Assembly: GCF_031769215.1 (NCBI RefSeq)
Contig: NW_026781965.1
Coordinates: 1,364,001 to 1,428,000 of the forward strand
Direction: 5' to 3'
From: Ylistrum balloti
Taxonomy: Eukaryota
DNA length: 64,000 bases
Part shown: one piece after another, positions 62,936 through 64,000 of the stretch
Numbering within the stretch: position 1 is the first letter of the stretch
Layout of the letters: every line of letters starts with the position of its first letter
Position numbers and translations under genes: made by a program
Notes under the pieces: model-generated
What the model was told of the DNA's origin: nothing
Database searches by the model: none
Seen by the model: the letters and a program-made list of their open reading frames with translations, nothing else

Positions 62936-64000
62936 ATGTTATTTCATTAATACTTTCAAGGTGCAATGCAAAATTTGAAGCTTGCATTGGTTTTAAGTAC
63001 AATTACTACATTGCTGAAACTTTCATTTTGATGAATTCCTTAAAAATCATTTACTTACGATAATAATTCAATTCTAATTCTTTGTTTTCTGTTCAGCTCG
63101 AACAAATCATGTTAAAAATGCATGGTGTTATAACCTCGTGTTGCTGTACCACATATACAGTTCACGATAAAAATATCAGATTACTCCTGATAATGGCCAG
63201 AGGTTTTTCGAATGCCCCTTGCTTCGTTCAACCTCTGCTGTGACGAACTTCCACCTACATCTGTTATTACTTTGAGAAGCAATGTCGCGCCTTCATTCCT
63301 TAAAGTTTATGTCTGTAATCGTAGCTTCCTAGTATACATTATAAGTTATGTATATTGCCTAGTGACAAAATAATATATTACAACATCATCGATCTCAGGA
63401 CTTCTATAAAAGATATTGTGTGCGATATAATTTTATTCAATACAGAATAGGACATTTTCTCTGGGAGTAAAAAGTGTTTTTTGTCAGAATTGTACAATCT
63501 TTTGTAATTGCATGTCTCCCATAGGTTTGCTTTCACGTGAATATTGGCACAGAATACACATATGTACTTGAAATTATTTCAATACCAACTAATATTTATA
63601 AAATATATGGAAATCATGATGAAATCATTGCACTATTCATTTCTCTAGCTCGCCTTTTAATTTCAACTTTTAAGTCCCAAAAATTTATTGACGAGTCCTA
63701 GCAGAAGTATATGTGCTGTATCTCTTGGCAAATTTGAATTTTAATATCCTATTTACTCGATTCCTAATGTTCAATATTTTCGAGTACGATCCGCATACTG
63801 GGAGTCATTACGTCCATCAGTAACCAGCTTGTTTTCTTTACCCCAAATATTAATTTGATAGCGATAACTGATGAAAGTTTATACCAAGATATCAATATGT
63901 ATCAACACAATTATATCAGACTAAGACTATGACAGAGGTAAACATTAAAAAAAAAAAGACCCAAGAGGTCTCAGCATCGCAATCGTGTGATCTAAAAATC

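Noticed and set aside
62039-62937. Several repeat-rich ORFs up to 286 aa
   Set aside because: Open frames on both strands arise from 51-bp units; no splice or homology support.
63180-63300. Possible terminal exon on the minus strand (NEGATLLLKVITDVGG...)
   Set aside because: An isolated short frame with no upstream exon in the window and no recognisable homology.

Overview
AT-rich, intron-containing animal genomic DNA, probably from a bivalve mollusc (inferred from repeat families and gene structure). I reconstructed five multi-exon genes by hand from splice sites and reading phase. (1) A nucleolin gene on the minus strand, starting at 7479 and running off the left edge. (2) A divergent nucleolin-like paralogue on the plus strand, starting at 8598, head-to-head with gene 1; it has a TPAK-rich exon, two degenerate RRMs and an acidic tail interrupted by a 172-N gap. 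(3) A complete UPF0193/EVG1 (C22orf23) gene at 31474-35891. (4, 5) Two complete tandem MFSD1-like transporter genes on the minus strand, at 39680-45222 and 49265-57650. The best-supported hidden element is three copies of an H/ACA snoRNA in one intron of gene 2. Its 5' pocket matches the 18S Psi34 site (SNORA50/76-like), while its 3' pocket points to 18S U101 rather than the U105 of the human homologue. Other candidates are an unannotated spliced 94-aa gene (27887-28389, minus), a 52-bp satellite that amplifies a real splice acceptor about 27 times, and a palindromic two-way poly(A) signal. The rest is SINE, LINE and MITE remnants plus many 23-108 bp tandem arrays. Most entries in the ORF track are artefacts of repeats or antisense reading.
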